A stretch of DNA of 63,706 nucleotides, the filler included, from an uncultured Myxococcia bacterium (GTDB taxonomy: Bacteria; CAZTWC01), in assembly GCA_964617105.1 (NCBI GenBank). It is 12 parts of 12 records of this genome, joined end to end, with 100 filler letters (N's around TTAATTAATTAA, not from the genome) between each part and the next. Parts side by side here need not be neighbours in the genome. Positions count along the whole stretch, not along the records: positions 5,508 to 10,905 come from CAZTWC010000260.1; positions 11,006 to 16,377 come from CAZTWC010000261.1; positions 16,478 to 21,835 come from CAZTWC010000262.1; 9 more parts are not named here. One strand, given 5' to 3'. Positions 9,574-17,751 of the stretch are shown one piece after another (the first letter of the stretch is position 1; each line of letters begins with the position of its first letter). Made by a program: the position numbers and the translations under genes. The notes below the pieces were generated by a model. It did no database searches, was not told the origin of the DNA, and saw nothing but the letters and a program-made list of their open reading frames with translations.

Positions 9574-10341
9574 TTGCTTTTTCATCTTTTCATCTATAGG
9601 TTAATTCCAAGATGGGGTTCGATGATTTTTTTTCTCTTTCTATCACTATTTGCTCACGCTAGTGATCCCCTGGATGATTTTGACGGTACTGAAAGTTGGA
9701 GTAAGCGTAATAGGAAATCCCCAGAGCAAAAGAATCCTTCCTTTTACAGTCCCAATTTAGTCAAACAATTGCGTGCGCTCAAAGAAGAATTTAATATTGA
9801 AAAACGGAAATTTGAAAAAACCGCCAAAGAGGTTAAAACCGACCGCGGTCATTATACTGTTTCCAAAAATTATGGCTGGCTAAAAGCGCTTCCCCAGGGG
9901 AAACAATTTATTCAAATTCCCAATTTTGCCATAAAAAAACGGCGCTCTACTCAACACTCTATCGCCTCACCACGCCGGCGAATTAAAGCAGAAAAAAATT
10001 ATCGGATTATCCAAGATCCTAAACATAAAACGACTAAATGGGGAGATATGCAAGAAATCTCCATTGATGATTACATGAACACCTATATAGAGGTGCAAAA
10101 GGGCAAAGAACTTCCCCAATTGATGCCAACCAAAAAATGGAAATCTGCTCCCCCTATCAGAGGAGCCCAAAAAAAATCAACTAAAAAAAGATTTAAGAAA
10201 AAAGAAAAATATAAAAAATACTATACACCCACAAAACGTCCAGTTATGTCTGACGGTAGTAGCCTGGACGAACCCCACAGTTTTTCCGAGGAAGAGATAG
10301 AGATGGAGTGGGAGGAGATGGACCTGGATGTTACCAAATAA
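9574..10341 (+). CDS. Hypothetical exported protein, Lys-rich with acidic C-terminus
   Basis: 255-aa ORF with GGAG RBS and a signal-like segment ending AHA-S. Confidence 0.65.
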   Translation: MLFHLFIYRLIPRWGSMIFFLFLSLFAHASDPLDDFDGTESWSKRNRKSPEQKNPSFYSPNLVKQLRALKEEFNIEKRKFEKTAKEVKTDRGHYTVSKNYGWLKALPQGKQFIQIPNFAIKKRRSTQHSIASPRRRIKAEKNYRIIQDPKHKTTKWGDMQEISIDDYMNTYIEVQKGKELPQLMPTKKWKSAPPIRGAQKKSTKKRFKKKEKYKKYYTPTKRPVMSDGSSLDEPHSFSEEEIEMEWEEMDLDVTK

Positions 10342-10385
10342 TAAAATGAATTCTCGGACAGAAACTCTTAGTCTATAGCCAAATC

Positions 10386-10401
10386 TGGCACTGATATTGC
10401 T
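10386..10401 (+). promoter_or_regulatory. Sigma54 (-24/-12) promoter
   Basis: TGGCAC-TGATA-TTGCT, an exact match to TGGCAC-N5-TTGCW, in an intergenic region. Confidence 0.75.
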
Positions 10402-10527
10402 TATTTATTATTAACAACTGCTTAAAAATATTCCAGTAAGTATAAATGGATCCGGGTCCAAAACTGGGACAGCAGTGCTTAATGCCACCGTAACCTAATA
10501 TTTACAACTAGTTACAGTCAGGTATCC

Positions 10528-10905
10528 ATGAAACGAGTAATATTGTCTAATTGTCAAACTGTATCGTCATCCAGATCGATAAAGTTTAAACCCGCCAAAG
10601 GCAACACTTTTTCCTCAGTTTTTTTGGCAGTTAAGCGTCAAGTTTTTGATGCTCAGACCACTACCAATACCAAACCTGGCAAATACCAATACAGCCCAAA
10701 AGGAAACATCATCACTACCCAGTTGAATAGAAACTCCCCGGAGCGGGATGAAGATGCAACTGTTCAATCCTGCTCGCTGGCGTTCGGGAGTTCGCGAGGC
10801 TCAAGTAATACAAAAATTGTCAGGGGGCTGGAAAACAATTTTTCCTCTTTTTCAAAAAAGCAGAACTCGGGCAAAAAGAGAGCGTTCGACCAGAAAAAAC
10901 AAAGT
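10528..10905 (+). CDS. Hypothetical S/T/K-rich protein (3'-partial)
   Basis: Open to the contig end downstream of the sigma54 site. Weak RBS, no recognisable domain. Confidence 0.4.
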
Positions 10906-11005
10906 NNNNNNNNNNNNNNNNNNNNNNNNNNNNNNNNNNNNNNNNNNNNTTAATTAATTAANNNNNNNNNNNNNNNNNNNNNNNNNNNNNNNNNNNNNNN
11001 NNNNN

Positions 11006-11966
11006 TCTGGGTCCAGGCGCCGATAAAGGGCACCAGGATAACTATCAGCATTGGATTCAACATACCCCAGGCAGTGCCAATCTTGGCGCCTTCACCGATA
11101 TAACGCTCAGCAAAAGGCGGCAGACTGTAGTGCATATGATAAAACACGCTTTTGGCGCCCACGCAGATCAGCATAAAAGCCATAAAAGCCCAAAACCGTT
11201 TCTCTTTGATCACCTCCAGGAAAATCTTTAGCGGATTAGTCTCTTTTTTAAAACTTTCGCTCTTCGCCGGTTCAAATCCTTTGTTTTCAACTTTTTCATC
11301 CACATCCTCTTTAACGTAGATATTTTTACGGATCAAAGAGACAATCAAAACCACTCCGATAGTGGTAATGATAGCAGCGATAAAAAAATTGAACTGGTGG
11401 TCACTCATATCAGTGCCGACTACCGACACTTTACCGCCCACATCTTTTACATGCTGCCGGATCATATCCCAGGCTTTACCGCCAATGGCATAGCCCACAT
11501 TGAAAAGCACATAGAAAAGGGAAAAAGCCATGGAGCGTTGTTTGCTATTGGTGTAACGTCTGATGGCAGCAGTGGAAACCGGCACCATAAAAGCCATGCC
11601 CACAGCAATGGGACTGAGGCCAATGATAACTGCAGCAATAAAAGGTATATTGAAAGAGATAGCCAGCCTGCCGACAAAGCAAACCAAATAACCCCAGAAT
11701 AGAGAGCGCCTGATCCCCAGGGCATCGGTTACCATACCTGAAACCGACATCATCGCGCTCAGCACCATTCCCCAGATCATAAGCACCATGGGCGCTTCTG
11801 TATCAGTTAGACTCATGTCGGACATCAACCAGAGCATCAGAGAAAACTGCATTAAGGTATAACCGATATATTCGGTAACATTAACCAAATAGACTATCCA
11901 CAACTCTCGCGGAGCACATCTTAATATCAACAGTTGACTGGTTAATTCCTTTAATTTTTCTTTCAT
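11006..11966 (-). CDS. MFS transporter, POT/peptide-like (3'-partial)
   Basis: Multiple TM helices. MFS motif A-like GMVTDALGIRRS, and RSMAFSLFYVLFNVG. Confidence 0.88.
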
Positions 11967-12057
11967 CGTTTCTCCTAAATAAATGGGACGTTTTTTTATA
12001 TAAATAAAGTCAGATTATTATACTTAATAAACCGTTTTTATGCAACTTGCATTTCGA

Positions 12058-13461
12058 TTAAAACCAAATATTACAGATAAATACGGCGGCTACGATACCG
12101 GCCAGGTCGGCCAGCAGGCAGGCATGGAGAGCGTGGCGGGTTTTTCTGATTTGAACGGCTCCAAAATAGACGGCCAATACGTAAAAAGTGGTTTCGGTGG
12201 AACCTTGCATGGTGGATGCCAAAAAGGAGGAAAAAGAATCGGGGGCATGGCTGACTATTTCGCTCATAACTCCAAAAGCACCAGTGCCTGAAAGCGGCCG
12301 CAAAAAAGCCATGGGCAACACCTCTGCCGGCATTCCTACTACACTTGTCAGAGGGGAGAGCAGAGTTACCAATAACTCCAGGGCCCCGGACACCCGGAAC
12401 ATTCCAACCGCTACCAGGATAGCCACTAAAAAGGGGATGATGGTAATTGCTACCTTAAATCCCTCTTTAGCCCCGGCAGTAAAGGTTTCATAGACATTAA
12501 TCCCTTTGGAGTAGCCATAGAGCAATAGAAAAGCCATCAGAAAAGGTATCATCCAAAAGGAGAGTAGGGTCTGGGCAAATTCCGCTCCCCTGCCCTGTTT
12601 TATCTCCACTCCCAGCCTGAAAAAAAGAGCCGCCAGACCAAGAAGCAGAAAGATGGTTATTAGTATTTTTCTGACTGGTCCCAAAGGCAAGGCCGGGCAA
12701 TCTTTTTCTGGTTCATTTTCCAAAGATTTTTTCTCTTCCTGGCTGGTAGTTTTAGGGTCATCGTCAAAATTTGCAGCGGAGATACCCGATTTTGAATCCG
12801 CTCCCGGTTCAACATTATCACTATTTTGCGGGCCAACCAAAGGATCAGTATTGGCAAAAGCGGGCAAACGACTTAAAAATCTGGCCATTAAAATAGCCAC
12901 CATAGTAGAACATAAGGTAGCAAACAGAGTTGGGATCAAAATAGAGGCCGGTGAGGCGGAGCCAGCAGCCGATCTAACTGCCATCACTCCCAGGGGCAAA
13001 AGCGTCACGCTGGAAGTATTGATAGCCAAAAACAGACACATGGAATTGGTGGCGGTGTGGGGCTGCGGATTAAAACTGTTTAGATCCTTCATGGCCTTTA
13101 TTCCCAGGGGAGTGGCCGCATTTCCCAGCCCCAGAATATTGGCGGCAATATTCATAATAATGGAACTCATGGCCGGATGTTCGGCCGGAATATCTGGAAA
13201 GAGCCGCACCATCAGCGGTTTTATCAGTCTGGCAATTTTTTTCAGCAACCCTCCCTCCTCGGCCACTTTCATAATTCCCAGCCAAAGAGACATGGCGCCA
13301 ATCAAACCAATAGCCAGATTCACCGCGCTTTTAGCCTTTTCAAAAGAGGCTTTGGTCAACTCTTCCATTCGTCCGGTAAAAGCAGCGCTTATGATGGCAA
13401 TTAGAATCAGAATCAGCCAAATAATATTAATCAAAGCCGGTTTTTGGGCTTTATCACTCAT
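12058..13461 (-). CDS. SpmA/SpmB fusion (nucleoside-recognition Gate domain) membrane protein
   Basis: SpmA part LWLGIMKVAE...NILGLGNAATPLGIKAM...FLAINTSSVTL. SpmB part FTAGAKEGF...RPLSGTGA...GSTETTFYVLAVYFGAV. Confidence 0.92.
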   Translation of the reverse strand: MSDKAQKPALINIIWLILILIAIISAAFTGRMEELTKASFEKAKSAVNLAIGLIGAMSLWLGIMKVAEEGGLLKKIARLIKPLMVRLFPDIPAEHPAMSSIIMNIAANILGLGNAATPLGIKAMKDLNSFNPQPHTATNSMCLFLAINTSSVTLLPLGVMAVRSAAGSASPASILIPTLFATLCSTMVAILMARFLSRLPAFANTDPLVGPQNSDNVEPGADSKSGISAANFDDDPKTTSQEEKKSLENEPEKDCPALPLGPVRKILITIFLLLGLAALFFRLGVEIKQGRGAEFAQTLLSFWMIPFLMAFLLLYGYSKGINVYETFTAGAKEGFKVAITIIPFLVAILVAVGMFRVSGALELLVTLLSPLTSVVGMPAEVLPMAFLRPLSGTGAFGVMSEIVSHAPDSFSSFLASTMQGSTETTFYVLAVYFGAVQIRKTRHALHACLLADLAGIVAAVFICNIWF

Positions 13462-13680
13462 TATCTACTCCAATATCAGGGTACTGTACTTTCAGGATGA
13501 ACCTAAGGCTCGCTCATAATATAATATATACCGTCTAATTCTTTGAAGTCAAAATAAGTTTGATTTCAGGTGGGAACTTTTTTCGCTGAAAAATCATCCC
13601 TTTTATGATACATAGATAACACATATTATCCTTCCACCCTTCCGCTGTAAATTTCCGGACAGCCACTTAGGGCCAATAAA

Positions 13681-15711
13681 ATGAGCGATAAACGCCTATC
13701 AAAGGTAAAAAAAGAGATTGATAAACTGCGGCAGGAGATAAACCATCATAGCCATCGATATTATGTTCTGGACTCCCCTTTGATCTCCGACTTTCAATAC
13801 GACATGTTGCTTAAGGATTTGGAACTTCTGGAAAAAAAGTTTCCCCAACTGGTTTCCGCGGATTCCCCTACTCAGAGAGTTGGAGGAGCACCACTGGAGG
13901 GATTTGCCAAAGTAAACCACTCGCAGAAGATGCTCAGTCTGGATAATGTGTTTGACCCCCAGGAGTTTCTCGATTTTACCAGCCGGATTTATAAACTATT
14001 GCCCGAGGAAAAAGTTGAGTTTATGGTGGAACCAAAACTAGACGGGGTGGCTATTGAACTGATCTATGAGAATGGACATTTAAAAACCGCTGCCACCAGG
14101 GGAGACGGTGCTGTTGGTGAAAATGTAACCTCCAATATCCGGACCATAAAATCTGTTCCTCTGGTTCTATATTCTCAAGAATCGGACCAATTTCCCTCTA
14201 TTTTGGAAGTGCGGGGGGAAATTTTTATCGGCAAAACCGATTTTTCCAAATTAAACCAAAAAATGCTGGAACAAAACAAAGAACCTTTTGCCAATCCCCG
14301 CAATGCTGCTGCCGGCTCCATCCGTCAACTTGACTCCCGAGTCTGCGCCTCGCGCCCGCTGGATATGTTTTGTCACTCTCCTGGAGGCCATATTGACGAC
14401 TCCAAAAATCTGGCTGAATTTTTCCTTCATGTCAAGGGCTGGGGACTGAAGATCAATCCCTACAACCGCCTTTGTCATAACCAGCAAGACGTGGTGGATT
14501 ATTATTATCATTTACAGGAGATACGGGAAGGACTACCCTACGAAATAGACGGCCTGGTAATAAAAATAAACTCCTTTGAACAGCAAAAACGGTTGGGAAC
14601 CCTTTCCAAAAGTCCACGCTGGGCCATAGCCTTTAAATTTGAACCAATGCAGCAAACCACGGTGGTAGAAGATATCATCGTGCAGGTGGGACGGACAGGA
14701 GTTCTTACTCCGGTGGCAATTCTATCGCCGGCTCAGGTGGGTGGTGTTATGGTTAATCGGGCCACTCTCCATAATCAGGAGGAGATTGAAAAAAAAGATA
14801 TCCGCCTGGGCGACACGGTGCTGATTCAAAGAGCTGGAGATGTTATTCCCGAAGTGGTGAAGGTGATCAAAGAGAAACGTCAAGGAGATGAAAAAATCTT
14901 TAAAATGCCCCTCAATTGCCCCTCCTGTGGAGAGTTGGTTTTCCAACGCAAAAATGAGATCGCCTGGCGCTGCACCAACCCTAACTGCCGCAGCAAGATA
15001 GTTGAGGCCATTAAACACTTTGTTTCCAGAACCGCCTTGAATATCGAGGGATTAGGCGAAAAAATAATTGAGCAACTGGTAGGCCGAAAAATAGTACGCC
15101 AGTTTCTCGACCTATACAACCTGAATCTGGACCAAATCATCAGCCTGGATAGAATGGGACAAAAGTCTTCGGAAAATATTTTGGCTGCTATTGAAAATAG
15201 CAAACAGAGAGACTATCCTTTCTACCGCCTTCTTTTTTCCCTGGGTACGGATCAGGTTGGTTTGCATACCGCCGGACTGTTGGCAAAGATTTTTCCTTCT
15301 CCGGAAAAACTCTTTAACGCCTCTATAGAAAATCTGCAACAACTAGATGGTATCGGCCCGGTAGTAGCGAAATCTATATGCCAGTTCTATTCAAAAGAGG
15401 AAAATAGGCACCAATTATCCACACTCTATAAACTTTTAAATATGTCTGAACTCCAGGAAACCCCAGGAGATCCTCCGGTCGATTCACCTTTGACGGGAAA
15501 AACCGTGGTAATAACTGGAACAATAGAGGGGCGGACCAGGAATGAGGCCCGGGATATAATCGAAAAATTGGGCGGCAAGGTAGCAAGTTCGGTGAGTAAA
15601 AAAACCAACCTGCTGCTGACCGGTGAAAAAGCGGGCAGTAAACTGAACAAAGCCAAAAAATTGGGGATACAAATAATTGGCATAGAGGATTTGGATAAAA
15701 TGATAGACTGA
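13681..15711 (+). CDS. ligA: NAD-dependent DNA ligase
   Basis: EPKLDG adenylation motif, TRGDG, ANPRNAAAGS, Zn finger CPSC...CTNPNC, HhH region and BRCT (VVITGT...SVSKKT). Confidence 0.98.
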   Translation: MSDKRLSKVKKEIDKLRQEINHHSHRYYVLDSPLISDFQYDMLLKDLELLEKKFPQLVSADSPTQRVGGAPLEGFAKVNHSQKMLSLDNVFDPQEFLDFTSRIYKLLPEEKVEFMVEPKLDGVAIELIYENGHLKTAATRGDGAVGENVTSNIRTIKSVPLVLYSQESDQFPSILEVRGEIFIGKTDFSKLNQKMLEQNKEPFANPRNAAAGSIRQLDSRVCASRPLDMFCHSPGGHIDDSKNLAEFFLHVKGWGLKINPYNRLCHNQQDVVDYYYHLQEIREGLPYEIDGLVIKINSFEQQKRLGTLSKSPRWAIAFKFEPMQQTTVVEDIIVQVGRTGVLTPVAILSPAQVGGVMVNRATLHNQEEIEKKDIRLGDTVLIQRAGDVIPEVVKVIKEKRQGDEKIFKMPLNCPSCGELVFQRKNEIAWRCTNPNCRSKIVEAIKHFVSRTALNIEGLGEKIIEQLVGRKIVRQFLDLYNLNLDQIISLDRMGQKSSENILAAIENSKQRDYPFYRLLFSLGTDQVGLHTAGLLAKIFPSPEKLFNASIENLQQLDGIGPVVAKSICQFYSKEENRHQLSTLYKLLNMSELQETPGDPPVDSPLTGKTVVITGTIEGRTRNEARDIIEKLGGKVASSVSKKTNLLLTGEKAGSKLNKAKKLGIQIIGIEDLDKMID

Positions 15712-15733
15712 TCGTCTACGTCTGGGCATCAAC

Positions 15734-16225
15734 TTAGAAAAAATCATCCAGCATGGAGTCAATGGAATCCTGGGACAGTTTTTCCTTGTCTTCCACCCCT
15801 AAAAAGGAGCCAATGGTGAGCAGTTCATCGATATTTCCCCTGGCTTCCGTGGTTAATTCTTTGTTTTTACGAAAGGTTTCAACTGTCATGAGCAGAGTGT
15901 CAACGGTTTTGACCAGCAGATCATATTTCTCTTCATCCAGGGCCTGTTCCGCTTTCCAGCACCCTTCGGAAAGTAACTCAGCCTGCTCTGCCAACGAGAT
16001 AATAACCTGCTTTTGCTCATTATCCTCCAAAAAACCAAAGGTGCCAATAAAGCCATTCATCCGCTGGCTCACCTGGCGCATGGCATTAAAATCAGCCTTG
16101 TCATCGGCTAATTTGACCACATTTTGCTTGGTTTCCCAGATAATAGCGATAGAATCACGGTACAATTTCCGCAATTGCCGGTTATCTATCTCAATAATTT
16201 CTGATAATTCATCATGCTGGCTCAT
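15734..16225 (-). CDS. HPt/CheA-P1-like helical protein lacking the phospho-His, with a CheZ/FliM-like C-terminal peptide
   Basis: FNAMRQVSQRMNGFIGTFGFL aligns by eye to the HPt motif FRxxHTIKGxxGFLG, then LAEQAELL. C-terminus LSQDSIDSMLDDFF. Confidence 0.6.
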   Translation of the reverse strand: MSQHDELSEIIEIDNRQLRKLYRDSIAIIWETKQNVVKLADDKADFNAMRQVSQRMNGFIGTFGFLEDNEQKQVIISLAEQAELLSEGCWKAEQALDEEKYDLLVKTVDTLLMTVETFRKNKELTTEARGNIDELLTIGSFLGVEDKEKLSQDSIDSMLDDFF

Positions 16226-16291
16226 AGAATAATATATTACCCTAAAAAAGAACTTACTGCAAAAACTTTCTTAATAGTTTGAGGAACCAAA

Positions 16292-16377
16292 ATGGAAAGC
16301 AAAAAAGATATTCGCCTATTATTGGAAAAATCGGAACGTAAAATCCTTTCTCCCAAAGCCCAACTGAGTGAAAATTC
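16292..16377 (+). CDS. Probable dGTP triphosphohydrolase N-terminus (3'-partial)
   Basis: GAGGA RBS. MESKKDIRLLLEKSERKILSPKAQLSENS resembles the dGTPase N-terminal IR..LE..E...LSP.A..S..S. Only 28 codons visible. Confidence 0.55.
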
Positions 16378-16477
16378 NNNNNNNNNNNNNNNNNNNNNNN
16401 NNNNNNNNNNNNNNNNNNNNNTTAATTAATTAANNNNNNNNNNNNNNNNNNNNNNNNNNNNNNNNNNNNNNNNNNNN

Positions 16478-17656
16478 AATTACAAAGGAATCTTTCAACA
16501 GTATCGTATTTTGTGTCGCACCTTTGGCGACCTGGATAAGGACGGTCACCAGGAGGTGATTATCGGGTACGGGCCGCGGGATGAAGAGATACAACCCTGG
16601 GGCGGAGTACTTATTCTGGAAGAATCCTCCCACCGAAAAAATTATAAGAAGGTTTTTCACGCTCTTTTTGAGCATATATTCCCCAAAAAAATAAGCGCAA
16701 CTGGAAGTAACCTGAATATAACCATGGTAAAAGTAACGGACGAAGGGGAAAAAATCCACCCGCTTTTATGGGTGCATGGTCAGGATTTTGGTTTTTTGGG
16801 AACAGACCAGAGTATTACTTCCCTGGCCTCGGTGACAGCATCTTCTTACTTGACTGAGGGGGAGGTAGAATACAGTGCCCAAAACCTGATAGATAATAAT
16901 CCCAATAGCAGTTGGGCGGAAAACCTTCCTGGAACCGGACTGGAGAGTTCTTTTATTATCCAGTTTGGCAAAAATGTCAATCTGGCTATGGTGGGAATAC
17001 TGCCTGGTAAAACCAAAGAATTCTATAAATATCACCGGCCCCACCGGTTAGAAATGAGCATCAGAAAAGGTGAAGATCAAACAAATAGTGATGACGAGGA
17101 TGACTTGATGGACAGCCTGGGGCAGGATTTAGACTCAGAAGAGCAGGAGTTTGTATTACCCAATAAGTCCAATATGCGCTACTTTTTAGTGCCGCAACAA
17201 GATGTGGTCAGTCTTAAATTCATTATTAAGTCGGTGTACCTGGGAAAAGAAGATGACGGAGATCAGTGGCCTAAAGACCATACTTTCCTTTCGGAGATAG
17301 ATGTGGTTGAGTTTATTCCGGTTAGCAGAACCATTGAAGCGGGGAAAAAGCCTTCTCCCAAAGAGAGGGTCAGGTCGAGTAAAGATAAAAAGAATAAAAA
17401 GAGGTCTAAACAAAAGTCTACTCCGCGGATATTACTAAAGAAGTTATCCGACCTTCAGGGAGAGCCAGAGGAGGATGAGTTTCCTGAAGATTTTTTTGAT
17501 GATGAAGAAAAAATGGCAGATGAGGATAAAACTAAAAGAACGTCAGAGAAAACGCCTGGTAAAAAAAACAGCCAAAAGGGCATAAAAACCAAAGCCAAAA
17601 AAAACAAAAAAGATGAACCGCGCCTCGAGTTCGATGCCATAGACCTCAGTGATTAG
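16478..17656 (+). CDS. Hypothetical protein with FG-GAP-like repeat, discoidin/NADase-type glycan-binding-like domain and charged tail (5'-partial)
   Basis: GDLDKDGHQEVIIG; VTASSYL...YSAQNLIDNNPNSSWAENLPGTGLES...SVYLG...TFLSEI; K/D/E-rich C-terminus. Confidence 0.7.
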   Translation, partial: NYKGIFQQYRILCRTFGDLDKDGHQEVIIGYGPRDEEIQPWGGVLILEESSHRKNYKKVFHALFEHIFPKKISATGSNLNITMVKVTDEGEKIHPLLWVHGQDFGFLGTDQSITSLASVTASSYLTEGEVEYSAQNLIDNNPNSSWAENLPGTGLESSFIIQFGKNVNLAMVGILPGKTKEFYKYHRPHRLEMSIRKGEDQTNSDDEDDLMDSLGQDLDSEEQEFVLPNKSNMRYFLVPQQDVVSLKFIIKSVYLGKEDDGDQWPKDHTFLSEIDVVEFIPVSRTIEAGKKPSPKERVRSSKDKKNKKRSKQKSTPRILLKKLSDLQGEPEEDEFPEDFFDDEEKMADEDKTKRTSEKTPGKKNSQKGIKTKAKKNKKDEPRLEFDAIDLSD

Positions 17657-17751
17657 TGAAAACTCAAGGAGACTAGGGCGAAAGCCTGAACGATTGTAGG
17701 CCGGGATAAGGGCAGTTGGTAAAATAAAGGAGATATTTTGGGGAGGTTATT

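Noticed and set aside
10445-10490. c-di-GMP-I riboswitch-like fragment (TCCGGGTCCAAAACTGGGACAGC)
   Set aside because: The upstream GGCAAA/GNRA stem and GCAAAGC elements are absent.
12653-13519. 288-aa plus-strand ORF, and similar long shadow ORFs (15753-16232, 42190-42852, 48701-49477, 18490-19074)
   Set aside because: Antisense to well-supported genes, with no recognisable motifs or RBS.
17676-17700. GGGC-GAAA-GCCT tetraloop as a structured leader RNA
   Set aside because: Only a 4-bp stem, with no further supporting structure.
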